Assembly (NCBI GenBank): GCA_964512235.1
Contig: CAZEGD010000003.1
Location: forward strand, 101-64,100
Source of the DNA: an uncultured archaeon
GTDB taxonomy: Archaea > Aenigmatarchaeota > Aenigmatarchaeia > CG10238-14 > SCSR01
Direction: 5' to 3'
DNA: 64,000 bases
Part shown: positions 1 through 8,770 of the stretch, piece after piece
Position numbering within the stretch: the stretch's first letter is position 1
Layout of the letters: every line of letters starts with the position of its first letter
Made by a program: the position numbers and the translations under genes
Notes under the pieces: model-generated
What the model was told of the DNA's origin: nothing
The model's database searches: none
Seen by the model: the letters and a program-made list of their open reading frames with translations, nothing else

Positions 1-1
1 T

Positions 2-676
2 AAAAAAGAGCAATTTCATACTGCTTCTTTATTTGCTTTTGTACCCTGTTCCTCAAGAATTGCTATAATAATGGGGGTAGTTGGATTTTATGGAGGCATA
101 AAGTTAGCTTTTTCTGTTTTTGTTACTTTGCTTGTTGCAGGTTTAATCTGGGCTTTTGGAATAAAAAAAGTTATTCATATAAAGAGTGAACCTTTGCTTT
201 TAGAACTGCCTCCTTATAGAAGGCCCTTGATTAAAAACGTTCTTGCTAAAAGCTGGATTAGAATGAAAGATTTTGTATATATAGTTATACCCTTGTTGGC
301 ACTTGGAGGAATAGCTTATGGTATTTTGAATATATTAGGCCTTGCTAATATCATAGTAGAACCACTTTCGCTAATCACCACTTGGTTAGGATTACCTGCT
401 GTGACTATTATTCCTTTAATCTTTGGATTTTTACAAAAAGATTTAACAGGAGCAATGCTGGTATCAGTCTTGGGCAGTAAGATATCCTTAGCTTTGAACC
501 CTCTCCAAATTTATACATTTGGTGTAGCAGCTACGATTGGAGTTCCGTGCATAATTGCTTTAGGAATGCTTTGGAAGGAATTTGGATTTAAAAGAGCTAT
601 GCTTTTAACAGTAACATCAATGGTTTATGGTCTTTTATTTGCTGGTTTGGCTTGGAGAATAATCTCAATTTTTTGA
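2..676 (+). CDS. feoB: Ferrous iron transporter FeoB, C-terminal membrane domain (5' end cut by window edge)
   Basis: The frame is open from nt 2, with no stop upstream of the listed ATG at 71. The sequence is polytopic and hydrophobic and carries the LELPPYRRP motif I associate with the FeoB gate region. Stop at 674-676. Confidence 0.7.
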   Translation, partial: KKEQFHTASLFAFVPCSSRIAIIMGVVGFYGGIKLAFSVFVTLLVAGLIWAFGIKKVIHIKSEPLLLELPPYRRPLIKNVLAKSWIRMKDFVYIVIPLLALGGIAYGILNILGLANIIVEPLSLITTWLGLPAVTIIPLIFGFLQKDLTGAMLVSVLGSKISLALNPLQIYTFGVAATIGVPCIIALGMLWKEFGFKRAMLLTVTSMVYGLLFAGLAWRIISIF

Positions 677-796
677 ATAATGTTTAATAGGAGTAAATAT
701 AATTTCGTAGTGGCAGAGTGAATTTCGCACACAATAATTAAGAAGGATTTTTCTACAGAAGAGGTGCAGGAGGTGAACACAGAACAAAAAATTAGT

Positions 797-1294
797 TCAG
801 TGTTTAAGGATAGTCTCATAGAGTTCTGTTAATCTATATTGATTACCAACTTCTTTAACTAAACCCAATGATACAAGCAGATTCATATGACCCATTAATT
901 CTATCTTATCTTCATATCCTAAAAAGACAAAAGTTGAATCATTATAGAAACGTGGCATTTTTAACTCATCTCCATTTGCACCAGATAAAAATTTAAGTAG
1001 ATTCATATGCTTCATTCGTTTCCCTTTTCCCCCCGCTTCTATCTGAGCCAATGTCAATTCCTCATATTTGATATATTCTTTAGGTGATGATGGTTCTAAT
1101 TTAGGTAACAATTCTTTGAAATATAATTTTGGTACATATCCAGCAATTTTTATTTTCTCGCCTACTTTTTTTCCTATTTCTTTGACACGACTTATTTCCC
1201 AAGACAAAATTTTTGCAATTTCATCAGTATAGAAGCCGTCATTACGCATTTTAACATATAAAGACTCTTCTGGGGTCAATATATCTTTTGTCAT
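797..1294 (-). CDS. Hypothetical small protein, possible HTH DNA-binding (165 aa)
   Basis: The listed ORF 797..1465 runs through tRNA-Leu, so I trimmed it to the internal ATG at 1294 (MTKDILTPEE...). The segment ESLYVKMRNDGFYTDEIAKILSWEISRVKEIGKKV looks like a sigma-r4/LuxR-type HTH. Family not recognised. Confidence 0.55.
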   Translation of the reverse strand: MTKDILTPEESLYVKMRNDGFYTDEIAKILSWEISRVKEIGKKVGEKIKIAGYVPKLYFKELLPKLEPSSPKEYIKYEELTLAQIEAGGKGKRMKHMNLLKFLSGANGDELKMPRFYNDSTFVFLGYEDKIELMGHMNLLVSLGLVKEVGNQYRLTELYETILKH

Positions 1295-1330
1295 GGTTAT
1301 TTTAAAAGAAGTTAGAGATTTAAGTATGAA

Positions 1331-1416
1331 TGCAGGGGGTGGGATTTGAACCCACGTAGGGACTAACCCACTGGGACCTGAACCCAGCCGAATTGACCAG
1401 ACTATCGGACCCCTGC
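1331..1416 (-). tRNA. tRNA-Leu(CAG), class II, no intron
   Basis: Minus-strand read: GCAGGGG TC CGA-loop-TCG G CTGGG TTCAGGT CCCAG, a 15-nt variable arm, then GTGGG TTCAAAT CCCAC CCCCTGC A. Length 86 nt, no encoded CCA. Confidence 0.9.
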
Positions 1417-1457
1417 ATACAATAAAACATTCCGACAGAAGTAATAAATCTTTGTTT

Positions 1458-2318
1458 TTAGTCATGGTTGCAGACTAGCTCATGGAACTTCTTCAGGTTC
1501 GGCTCGTCATTCACAGGAATCCAGTATTCGCTGGGCAGCAAGACTTTAAACATCTTCCCGTCTTTTGCAAGCTGCTTGAGCACCGTACGCTCAATCTTCA
1601 CTTCTTTGCCGCTAGGCAGAGACTGTATCAATGAAAATATGCTTTTGCTCAATCCAAATATGCCCGTGTTAGAATCTTTAGTTATGAATGGTTTCTCCAC
1701 AAAATCTACAACATCCCCGTCTTTGTCAATGACCTCCCCATACTGGTATAGCTTCCCGGGTACGCATACGACTACTGCCTCATACCCAGCCTTCATAGCC
1801 GCTATAAAGACTTTAACGAAATCTTTGGGGAATTCCTCATAGTTCATTATCTGATCATCCGGGAAATGAATGATTATTGACTTGCTTATGACACCATTTT
1901 CTATTGCTAGCTTGAGTGCGCCACCAGAACCAAGATTGCCATGCTCTACGGAATATTTATTTGTAACACCAAAGTCGCTGCCGTTTCTAAAATAGTTCTG
2001 TATGGACTCTCCCCTATGCGTATCGTCGATGAGAAAGCAAAAGTCTTTGAAGCCCGCTTTCTGCCAAAGATTGAATGTGTATCTGCATATGGGCAGACCG
2101 TTTATTTGTATCATATGCTTGGAGTACTTGTCATTGGTCACGTGCTTGAGCCTAGTACCCCCACCACCCATAAGGAAGACGGCCTGCACATCCTTTATTT
2201 CATCTTCAGACACAGAATCAAGGTCGAGCTTGTTGGACTTTACATAAAGGTGCTTGCCCACACGTTTGTACTTCTTAAGGCTATTCTCAGTATTTCCCTC
2301 GTCAAGTAATTCATGCAT
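1458..2318 (-). CDS. Sugar-phosphate nucleotidyltransferase (NTP transferase family)
   Basis: 286-aa ORF with the N-terminal LMGGGGTRLKHVT signature (G-x-G-T-R) typical of glucose/mannose-1-phosphate nucleotidyltransferases. Confidence 0.8.
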   Translation of the reverse strand: MHELLDEGNTENSLKKYKRVGKHLYVKSNKLDLDSVSEDEIKDVQAVFLMGGGGTRLKHVTNDKYSKHMIQINGLPICRYTFNLWQKAGFKDFCFLIDDTHRGESIQNYFRNGSDFGVTNKYSVEHGNLGSGGALKLAIENGVISKSIIIHFPDDQIMNYEEFPKDFVKVFIAAMKAGYEAVVVCVPGKLYQYGEVIDKDGDVVDFVEKPFITKDSNTGIFGLSKSIFSLIQSLPSGKEVKIERTVLKQLAKDGKMFKVLLPSEYWIPVNDEPNLKKFHELVCNHD

Positions 2319-2330
2319 CTTTTACACCCT

Positions 2331-3146
2331 TTATTTCATTTTTGAACCGCCAACTTTTATGTCAATGCATACCTTGTAAGCGTGTGGACTATAAGCTGAC
2401 ACTACATGCTTATTAATGATTTTATATTCCCTGCCCATCTTTTTTAAGTTTTCGTCTATCAACTTCTCAGCCTTCTCAAAGAGCTTGGGCTCCCTTCCCC
2501 AGTTGTAAAAATGTATGATGCCTTCCCCTCTCAGGCAGTTCACTGCAATGTCCAGGAAATTTTCTGCTCCCAATGGCAGTGGCATAACTACGCGGTCGCA
2601 TTTGCCGTACCATCTTACACATACATGTCGCACGTCGCCTGGGAGAGAGAGTATCTTGTGGGAGAGCTTGTTGATTCTGATATTCTCATCCGCATATCGT
2701 ACAGCTTCCGGGTTTATCTCTACAGCAATGACCCTTTCAACATCAGTCTGCTTCTTTGAAATTGCCACAGCAAATGGTGCGACCCCACTGAACATTACCA
2801 TCACAACTTCACCAGCTTTCACCTGCTCGGCAACTCTCTGCCGTTCTGTAGCCTCGCGTGGTGAAAAATAGACTTTCTGCGGGTCAATTCTTATTCTGTA
2901 TCCATGTTCTTTATGCAGGACTTCGGTATCTGCATCTCCAGCGAGAAGATTGTACTTGCGCGTCCTGAATTCACCCTCCCGGTTCGATGTTTTCTGTAGG
3001 ACGGATTTTACGTTCTTATGGGCCTTAAGCAAAACTTCAGCAATCTCTTTTTTCTTTCCTTCCAAGTCGTCTGGAATTTCTATTATAGCTACTGCCTTCT
3101 CTCTCGATCCGATGATGTTGAAGCTTGAAGGAATCAGTTTTCCCAT
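2331..3146 (-). CDS. trm5: tRNA (guanine37-N1)-methyltransferase Trm5 / Taw22-like (Met-10+ family)
   Basis: SSFNIIGSREKAVAIIEIPDDL N-domain, SAM-binding VMFSGVAPFAVAISKK, and an AVEINPEAVRYADENIRINKL NP-motif. The pattern is as in archaeal Trm5b/Taw22. Confidence 0.8.
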   Translation of the reverse strand: MGKLIPSSFNIIGSREKAVAIIEIPDDLEGKKKEIAEVLLKAHKNVKSVLQKTSNREGEFRTRKYNLLAGDADTEVLHKEHGYRIRIDPQKVYFSPREATERQRVAEQVKAGEVVMVMFSGVAPFAVAISKKQTDVERVIAVEINPEAVRYADENIRINKLSHKILSLPGDVRHVCVRWYGKCDRVVMPLPLGAENFLDIAVNCLRGEGIIHFYNWGREPKLFEKAEKLIDENLKKMGREYKIINKHVVSAYSPHAYKVCIDIKVGGSKMK

Positions 3147-3186
3147 AAGATTAGTTGTAGAATTTAATTAAAATAAAATCATTTTC

Positions 3187-3206
3187 GATATGTAGATTTC
3201 CTTGAA
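3187..3206. repeat. 20-nt direct repeat, copy 1
   Basis: GATATGTAGATTTCCTTGAA versus 3598..3617 GATATGTATATTTCCTTGAA (19 of 20). A weaker third copy lies near 4711..4728. Confidence 0.55.
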
Positions 3207-3242
3207 GGATTGTAATAGAAACAGTTAGAAAGAGTTAGAGCA

Positions 3243-3515
3243 CTAATCTTTCTTGTCAAACTCATTTTTTAGTTTTTCCAAAAGAACTGGATCTAGCTTT
3301 ATTTTACCACGTTTAGCTTGATTAATTATGTAACCGAGCATTTTCTTTGTCGGATTGAAAAACTTGAGCCTTTGCCCCAGATATTTTATCTGCTTTTCGA
3401 GTTTGGTGGGTTCAGCATCTTTAATCTTTTTAACTTTAGCATTGATTAACTTCAGCATTTCTATGATTTTTTTAACTTCCTCAGGACTGTAAGTTTCCCC
3501 ATAATTATTTTCCAT
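3243..3515 (-). CDS. Hypothetical protein (90 aa, lysine-rich, helical)
   Basis: Clean ATG ORF with an A/T-rich TATA-like stretch 15-35 nt upstream on the minus strand. Bracketed by a 20-nt direct repeat. No family recognised. Confidence 0.5.
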   Translation of the reverse strand: MENNYGETYSPEEVKKIIEMLKLINAKVKKIKDAEPTKLEKQIKYLGQRLKFFNPTKKMLGYIINQAKRGKIKLDPVLLEKLKNEFDKKD

Positions 3516-3597
3516 AAAACTATCTTTGTTTTTTTAAAATTTAAAGATTGACTACTATCCACTACTATCTGATTGGTCCGAAGTGGAGACCCTTCTT

Positions 3598-3617
3598 GAT
3601 ATGTATATTTCCTTGAA
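3598..3617. repeat. 20-nt direct repeat, copy 2
   Basis: See 3187..3206. Confidence 0.55.
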
Positions 3618-3670
3618 AAACTTTCATACAACTATACCTAGGATGGCACTGCCTATGATATTTGCAACCT

Positions 3671-4018
3671 TCAAAAAGGAATTCTCATTTCGACAATGGC
3701 AGTCCCGATAAGATTGGCGACTTTCATGTAAAATTCAATGAAAAATTCTATCACAACCTTCAAAAACCTGAACTCAAAAGGCTCTGTCACAAAAAATTGG
3801 CCAGAGTAGAAGTAGTACATGAAAGCGACTATGGAAAGTATGAACCCTATGCGCGCGACTTGGGTACCGATGAATTTGAGTGCTTCATCATCCGAGTAGA
3901 GCCAGAAGGCTAGGCCGATCAATGCTATGCCGAAATAGAGCGGCAGTTCAAAACCTACAAACAACGACGGTACTATTATTACCGGCAGCAACGCCACAAC
4001 TATCCACAGGCTTCTCAT
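3671..4018 (-). CDS. Hypothetical membrane protein (115 aa)
   Basis: ATG start with TTATATA about 25-30 nt upstream, and about three hydrophobic helices. It competes with an overlapping plus-strand ORF (3662..3913, TTG start), so the strand choice is uncertain. Confidence 0.4.
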   Translation of the reverse strand: MRSLWIVVALLPVIIVPSLFVGFELPLYFGIALIGLAFWLYSDDEALKFIGTQVARIGFILSIVAFMYYFYSGQFFVTEPFEFRFLKVVIEFFIEFYMKVANLIGTAIVEMRIPF

Positions 4019-4048
4019 AGATTAAAATTTGAACAGCATTGTATATAA

Positions 4049-4076
4049 TTCAGGATGATTTTTAAACCTGCAAAGT
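4049..4076. repeat. 28-nt imperfect direct repeat, copy 1 (contains TATA-like TTTTTAAA)
   Basis: TTCAGGATGATTTTTAAACCTGCAAAGT versus 4739..4766 TTCAGAATGATTTTTAAACATGCAAAGT (26 of 28). Confidence 0.6.
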
Positions 4077-4184
4077 TCAGAACTATCTAGTTGATTGGAC
4101 TATTTCAAAATTGGCAGTACTAATCACTAGCTTCAACGTAAGAGTCGTATTAGACTTAAGTATTTAATGGATTAGTGATTAAAT

Positions 4185-4646
4185 ATGACAGACACCATTG
4201 TAGCATCCGACTTGGATGAAATAGCAACCTTATTATACAATGCATTAAGTAACGAGTATAAGCGTGTCTCGACTTCTACTTGGTCAAATGATAAACTAAC
4301 AGATACCGATTATTGGGGTCGAGCCTGGAATGTTGCTAGTGATAGCAGGACATGGATGGCAATAAAAAAGAGCTATGATAATGATAATATATCAGCAATT
4401 AGAAATTATAACTGCCCACTCGCAATGTCAGTCACTCGTGGAGGTTCGGGGATTTTCCATTCTCACTGGTTAACTTATAAAATATTTGACATACAGATTA
4501 TAGAGTCTCTTGCTAACTACGGTTATGTTCCACAGAGCCTAAGGATGAGACCGAGGTCATTCGAAGGTTGCTATACTTCTTGCGAGGAGGGTCACAACCC
4601 CAATACTAAGCGAATTATTCAAGAAGCTCTGGCAGTTTTAAAATAG
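4185..4646 (+). CDS. Hypothetical protein (153 aa)
   Basis: ATG ORF with no antisense competitor. No recognisable motifs. Lies between two copies of a 28-nt direct repeat. Confidence 0.55.
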   Translation: MTDTIVASDLDEIATLLYNALSNEYKRVSTSTWSNDKLTDTDYWGRAWNVASDSRTWMAIKKSYDNDNISAIRNYNCPLAMSVTRGGSGIFHSHWLTYKIFDIQIIESLANYGYVPQSLRMRPRSFEGCYTSCEEGHNPNTKRIIQEALAVLK

Positions 4647-4738
4647 AGGTTAACGCCTAGGATGGCATTTGAGCCCATTGAAATTTCTTTTCTAAGGATT
4701 CTAGCGTTTTATATATCTCCTTGAATAACTCTCTTTCT

Positions 4739-4766
4739 TTCAGAATGATTTTTAAACATGCAAAGT
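4739..4766. repeat. 28-nt imperfect direct repeat, copy 2; probable dph5 promoter
   Basis: TATA-like TTTTTAAA lies about 32-39 nt upstream of the dph5 ATG at 4789. Confidence 0.6.
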
Positions 4767-4788
4767 CATGTTAATGAACGGTGTGTAA

Positions 4789-5535
4789 ATGCTTACTATA
4801 GTTGGATTGGGACTGTGGGATGAGAGGGATTTGACGCTTAGAGCCATAGATGCAGCCAAGCAAGCGGACAAAGCATACATCGAATTGTACACGAGCAAGT
4901 GGCACGGTGCAGAGAAAATAAAGGAAATCATTGGTAAGGATGCTGTAGAATTGAAGCGTGAGGATCTGGAGCAGAATGCGAGCAAGCTTGTAGGGGAAGC
5001 GAAGGAGAAGGATGTTGTCTTGTTTGTGCCCGGCGATCCTCTGGTTGCGACAACACATTTGACAATTTTAGAGGCAGCAAAAAAGGCAGGTGTGAAGACT
5101 AGAGTCATACATAACTCTTCAATCATTTCGGCAATTGCTGAGACTGGCCTTCATATATACAAATTCGGCTCTACTGCTACTGTGCCGTTCCCAGAGAAGA
5201 CGAAAGGCAAGCTGCCCGAGTCTGTCTATGATGTGCTGAAGCTGAACAAGCGAGCTGGATTGCATACACTGCTGCTGCTTGACATCACTCCAGAGCGATG
5301 TATGCTACCAAGGGAGGCAATGCAGCAGCTTCTTGCCATGGAAGAACAAAGGAAAGAAGGCATCTTCACCAATCAGACAGCTGTAGTAATCTTTGCCCGT
5401 GCAGGCAGCGAGGATTCAGAGATTGTCTATGGTAAAGTTAACGAACTGTTGGAGAAGGACTTTGGCAAGCCGCCTATGGTCATCATCGTGCCTGGAATTC
5501 TACATTTTACTGAAAAGGACTATCTAAAACTTTGA
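4789..5535 (+). CDS. dph5: Diphthine synthase (EF-2 diphthamide biosynthesis methyltransferase)
   Basis: MLTIVGLGLWDERDLTLRAIDAAKQADKAYIELYTS... N-terminus plus GDPLVATTH and the tetrapyrrole-methylase fold pattern typical of archaeal DphB/Dph5. Confidence 0.9.
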   Translation: MLTIVGLGLWDERDLTLRAIDAAKQADKAYIELYTSKWHGAEKIKEIIGKDAVELKREDLEQNASKLVGEAKEKDVVLFVPGDPLVATTHLTILEAAKKAGVKTRVIHNSSIISAIAETGLHIYKFGSTATVPFPEKTKGKLPESVYDVLKLNKRAGLHTLLLLDITPERCMLPREAMQQLLAMEEQRKEGIFTNQTAVVIFARAGSEDSEIVYGKVNELLEKDFGKPPMVIIVPGILHFTEKDYLKL

Positions 5536-5595
5536 AAATAGAGAAATGAATAATTATAGAAAGAAATTAAAGAAAAATCTTCTTTTTTTGAAGAG

Positions 5596-6231
5596 TTAGC
5601 CACGTCCCGCAGCACGGAGCATCTTATCTTCTTTGGGCGTCCTAATTAGCCACCACAGACCAAATGCAGTTAATACAATCAAAGCAAGGACAACAATATC
5701 CTGCGCAGAAAGCTCCAAGCTAGGTAAAATATCGGTTGAAATACCACCGACGCTTGGAAATAGTTCAGGGAACATTCCAAAGCCACCACTACTTGCAAAC
5801 AGAGCTACACCCACTAATAAAACTATGATGAGAGCTACCTTGGCAGCTCTTGGAAGTTTCGTGTTTTCATCTATTCCTGAAAATATATCTATTCCAACCA
5901 TCTTTGCTAGGATGTATATTATCATCCCTGCAGCTATTAGTGTAGTTAATATTATTGCTGTCTGACCGAACATCGTTGCAAAGAAGTTCGTTAGAGTAAA
6001 TCCAAGAGGTGTATATGCCATCAAGAACATAGCCGCTGCAAGCGAGAATACCAAGTTAATTGCTCTGGCTAGCCTAGCTTCCTTTAGCGCTGAAGCATTA
6101 AAAGGATCTCCAAATAACTTAAGCTTTGATAGTAACCCATAAAACAATGCAAACAGAATTATGAAAGGTAAATAGAATTCAAAAACACCAAACTCAGTAG
6201 CGAGTCCGACCAAATCTCCAATCGATGCCAT
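5596..6231 (-). CDS. Polytopic membrane protein, paralog family member A (211 aa)
   Basis: N-terminal motif GVFEFYLPFIILFALFYGLLSKLKLFGD is shared with 6304..6843 and 6848..7390. It has 5-6 predicted TM helices and a G-rich loop near the C-terminus. Confidence 0.75.
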   Translation of the reverse strand: MASIGDLVGLATEFGVFEFYLPFIILFALFYGLLSKLKLFGDPFNASALKEARLARAINLVFSLAAAMFLMAYTPLGFTLTNFFATMFGQTAIILTTLIAAGMIIYILAKMVGIDIFSGIDENTKLPRAAKVALIIVLLVGVALFASSGGFGMFPELFPSVGGISTDILPSLELSAQDIVVLALIVLTAFGLWWLIRTPKEDKMLRAAGRG

Positions 6232-6303
6232 GTCATTCTCCTTAACTAATTATTCGTGATTTAAGTTTAAAAAGCTTTTTTCTCCCCACTCAACTCTTAA
6301 ATT

Positions 6304-6843
6304 CTATTTAGTCAAAAATACCAGCAATCCCACACTTCCCAGCATCGCTCCGAAAGTGACGGCTACACCTATCCACTCATCGCTACCTCCCCCCAGAGAT
6401 ATACCCTGCGGCAAGAATATGCCTACAATCCCGCTGGTGATGAGCACAACAACACCTATCAGCATGCCAAATATCAGTATTACCGCCCATATCCTTCCAC
6501 CTTTGAATTTATCAGCTAAAGTCTTTGGCAGGTCTGGCGGCATGAACAAGCCGGATACTATCAATCCGAGCATTACGACGAGAGTTGCTATCATACCATG
6601 CGTGAAAAACGTAGCAAGCTGCGTCTCTATATTCACACCCGCTATAATCGGGTATGCCCATACCATGAAAGCCGCTGCAATCGATATGACAGCATTGACT
6701 GTGACATTCCTGTCCGGGTCTCCAAATATCTTGCTCTTCCTGAGCGACCCGTAAAATATTGCAGCAGTGAGGATAAATGGCAGTATGAACTGGAAGAATC
6801 CCAGGTCTCTCATCTTCTGTATTGTCAGTTCCATTGGGTTCAT
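6304..6843 (-). CDS. Polytopic membrane protein, paralog family member B (179 aa)
   Basis: Motif LGFFQFILPFILTAAIFYGSLRKSKIFGD. Same architecture as A and C. Confidence 0.75.
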   Translation of the reverse strand: MNPMELTIQKMRDLGFFQFILPFILTAAIFYGSLRKSKIFGDPDRNVTVNAVISIAAAFMVWAYPIIAGVNIETQLATFFTHGMIATLVVMLGLIVSGLFMPPDLPKTLADKFKGGRIWAVILIFGMLIGVVVLITSGIVGIFLPQGISLGGGSDEWIGVAVTFGAMLGSVGLLVFLTK

Positions 6844-6847
6844 TTAA

Positions 6848-7390
6848 TCACTCAGACTTCAAAGTCGTGGCAGCCGCGATTATCAAGACTACAATAAATA
6901 TTAACATTCCTCCGATAAGAGTGATTATGTCCGGGTTTATCACTGGACTGGTGGGTGCTCCAGACCCGCCAATAGCTCCAAGTATAGTAGGCAGGAAGCC
7001 GCTAATTACAGCCACAGTCAGGGCTATGGCAACCCCGACGTAGAGCATTGTCCTACTATGGGAGAACTTCTCTTTGAGCATACCCGCGAGATCGGGGTAG
7101 AAAAAACCCGATATTAAAAATGCGAAAAATATTACAAATATAAACAACATAAGCTGCATGAACATAGTCGTCATCGAAAACGTCAATGACGTCCCAGTTA
7201 TTATGGGAAAGCTGAATATGAGGAATGCACCGACAAACGCAACCAACCCGTTGATTGCGGATGACTCTCCCAACAGCTTAGTCTTCTTCAACAATGCAAA
7301 AAACAATGGCAATGCCAAAAGGAACAGCAAAAAGTCATAGAATCCAATATTCAGCAATTCATTTATCACTGTCTCGAACGGGCTTGCCAT
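6848..7390 (-). CDS. Polytopic membrane protein, paralog family member C (180 aa)
   Basis: Motif IGFYDFLLFLLALPLFFALLKKTKLLGE. The gap to member B is 4 nt. Confidence 0.75.
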   Translation of the reverse strand: MASPFETVINELLNIGFYDFLLFLLALPLFFALLKKTKLLGESSAINGLVAFVGAFLIFSFPIITGTSLTFSMTTMFMQLMLFIFVIFFAFLISGFFYPDLAGMLKEKFSHSRTMLYVGVAIALTVAVISGFLPTILGAIGGSGAPTSPVINPDIITLIGGMLIFIVVLIIAAATTLKSE

Positions 7391-7467
7391 TTATTAAAAC
7401 ACCTAAATTAGATTTCGTTTGCCAGAAATTTAAGTTTAAAGATTGGGCACATAATTTTATGTTTTTT

Positions 7468-7935
7468 CTATTCGCTCTCCACCAGTTCTATTTCTCTTCT
7501 CAATCTCTCTATATTTTTATATAGAGCCCTTTTCTTATTTTTATTACCCTCAGTTCTTAACTTCTCAAATTCTTTATCACGTCTTTCCATGAGTCTTTTA
7601 AGCCTCCTTCCTTTAGAACCAGTCTCGAAGTAGATATCCCTGCCTCTGTTGATTGTCCAGAGTATAACACCACCTACAAATAATAGAAGGAATGCTGCAA
7701 CCGCTGTCATGCTGCCCAGCTGTATCATCCACTGCGAAACCATTGGAAATATGTCCGTGGATGCGAGGAAGAGCACCATGGCAAGCGAAATCACAATGTT
7801 GATTTTCTTGTTTTTGAAAATCCCCATCGCCGTTAAAATGCCCCAAAGCATTACGAAAATTACTACGAAAGGAATGAAGAATGTGTTAATGAGTTCCCAA
7901 GGTGCCAGTTCATATAATAGGTCTAGGATTGCCAT
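7468..7935 (-). CDS. Membrane protein, paralog family member D, with basic coiled-coil tail (155 aa)
   Basis: Motif INTFFIPFVVIFVMLWGILTAMGIFKNKK, then about 3 TM helices and a C-terminal KR/E-rich helix (RRLKRLMERRDKEFEKLR...). Confidence 0.7.
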   Translation of the reverse strand: MAILDLLYELAPWELINTFFIPFVVIFVMLWGILTAMGIFKNKKINIVISLAMVLFLASTDIFPMVSQWMIQLGSMTAVAAFLLLFVGGVILWTINRGRDIYFETGSKGRRLKRLMERRDKEFEKLRTEGNKNKKRALYKNIERLRREIELVESE

Positions 7936-7988
7936 AAATACCTAATAATACTTTGGATTTGGGATTAAAAATTTGATTAGAAACTGAA

Positions 7989-8708
7989 TTATGGCTCAAA
8001 CCCTGATTTTCTCATATCTCTAGAAAGTTCCCTCTCTTTCTTTGAGAGATTTCCGTATTCCTTAACCAAACTTTCAACTTTAGATGGAACTTTACCACCT
8101 ACTTTCAATTTCGAAGGCCAGTCTTTAGTATCTGAAGTATTTAGCGCATGTTTAACATCATCACCATAGACAACATCATTTACATCTTTTCCAATTTGGT
8201 TAAGTATACTTGTTTTTCTCCTTGAAATGCCAGTTAAGTCACCTCTAATGCTAGAAACTTCTTTTGCCATTCCACCAAAATTGCCATACAACCTGAAGCT
8301 CGTGCCATATACCCATAGTATGACACCGATGATGAACAGTATACCAAATCCTATTAGGCCTATGAAGGCGCCAAACGCATAGAATATGTTCACTATATAA
8401 GTCAGTATGCCAGAAGGCAGAAGCAGGAATGCAAAGCAAAACGCAATCGTACCATGTAATTTGTTACTTCCTCTTCTGAATATTCTCAATTCTTTGAGTA
8501 TGCCGTAAATAACTACAAAGGCTGTAAAGAAAGGAAAGATAACATAATAGAGTACATTTGGTATTCTAAGCCAGTCTTCAGACATGCCCGGAAAAACCCA
8601 AGTTGCAAGTGCCTCTGGATCCCACAGAGACTCTAGGTAATTCTGCGCTAGACCTACCGTAGGTAACGTCAATAAGATTGCAAAAATTACAGCTGCTACT
8701 CGTCTCAT
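7989..8708 (-). CDS. Signal-peptide membrane protein, paralog family member E, with charged cytoplasmic tail (239 aa)
   Basis: Signal peptide ending VGLAQ, motif VLYYVIFPFFTAFVVIYGILKELRIFRRG, and an LLLPSGIL motif shared with F and G. The C-terminal tail is hydrophilic. Confidence 0.75.
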   Translation of the reverse strand: MRRVAAVIFAILLTLPTVGLAQNYLESLWDPEALATWVFPGMSEDWLRIPNVLYYVIFPFFTAFVVIYGILKELRIFRRGSNKLHGTIAFCFAFLLLPSGILTYIVNIFYAFGAFIGLIGFGILFIIGVILWVYGTSFRLYGNFGGMAKEVSSIRGDLTGISRRKTSILNQIGKDVNDVVYGDDVKHALNTSDTKDWPSKLKVGGKVPSKVESLVKEYGNLSKKERELSRDMRKSGFEP

Positions 8709-8770
8709 TTAATACGCCTATTAATTATTTAGTTAGAAGGAATTTAAATTTGAATGGTTATGTTGAGGAT

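Noticed and set aside
797-1465. Full-length 222-aa ORF as listed
   Set aside because: Its N-terminal 57 codons run straight through tRNA-Leu(CAG) at 1331..1416. The real CDS most likely starts at the ATG at 1294.
3662-3913. 83-aa plus-strand ORF competing with the 3671..4018 minus-strand ORF
   Set aside because: It needs a TTG start and is shorter. The minus-strand ORF has an ATG and a TATA-like box at about -27. The call is genuinely uncertain and either, or neither, may be real.
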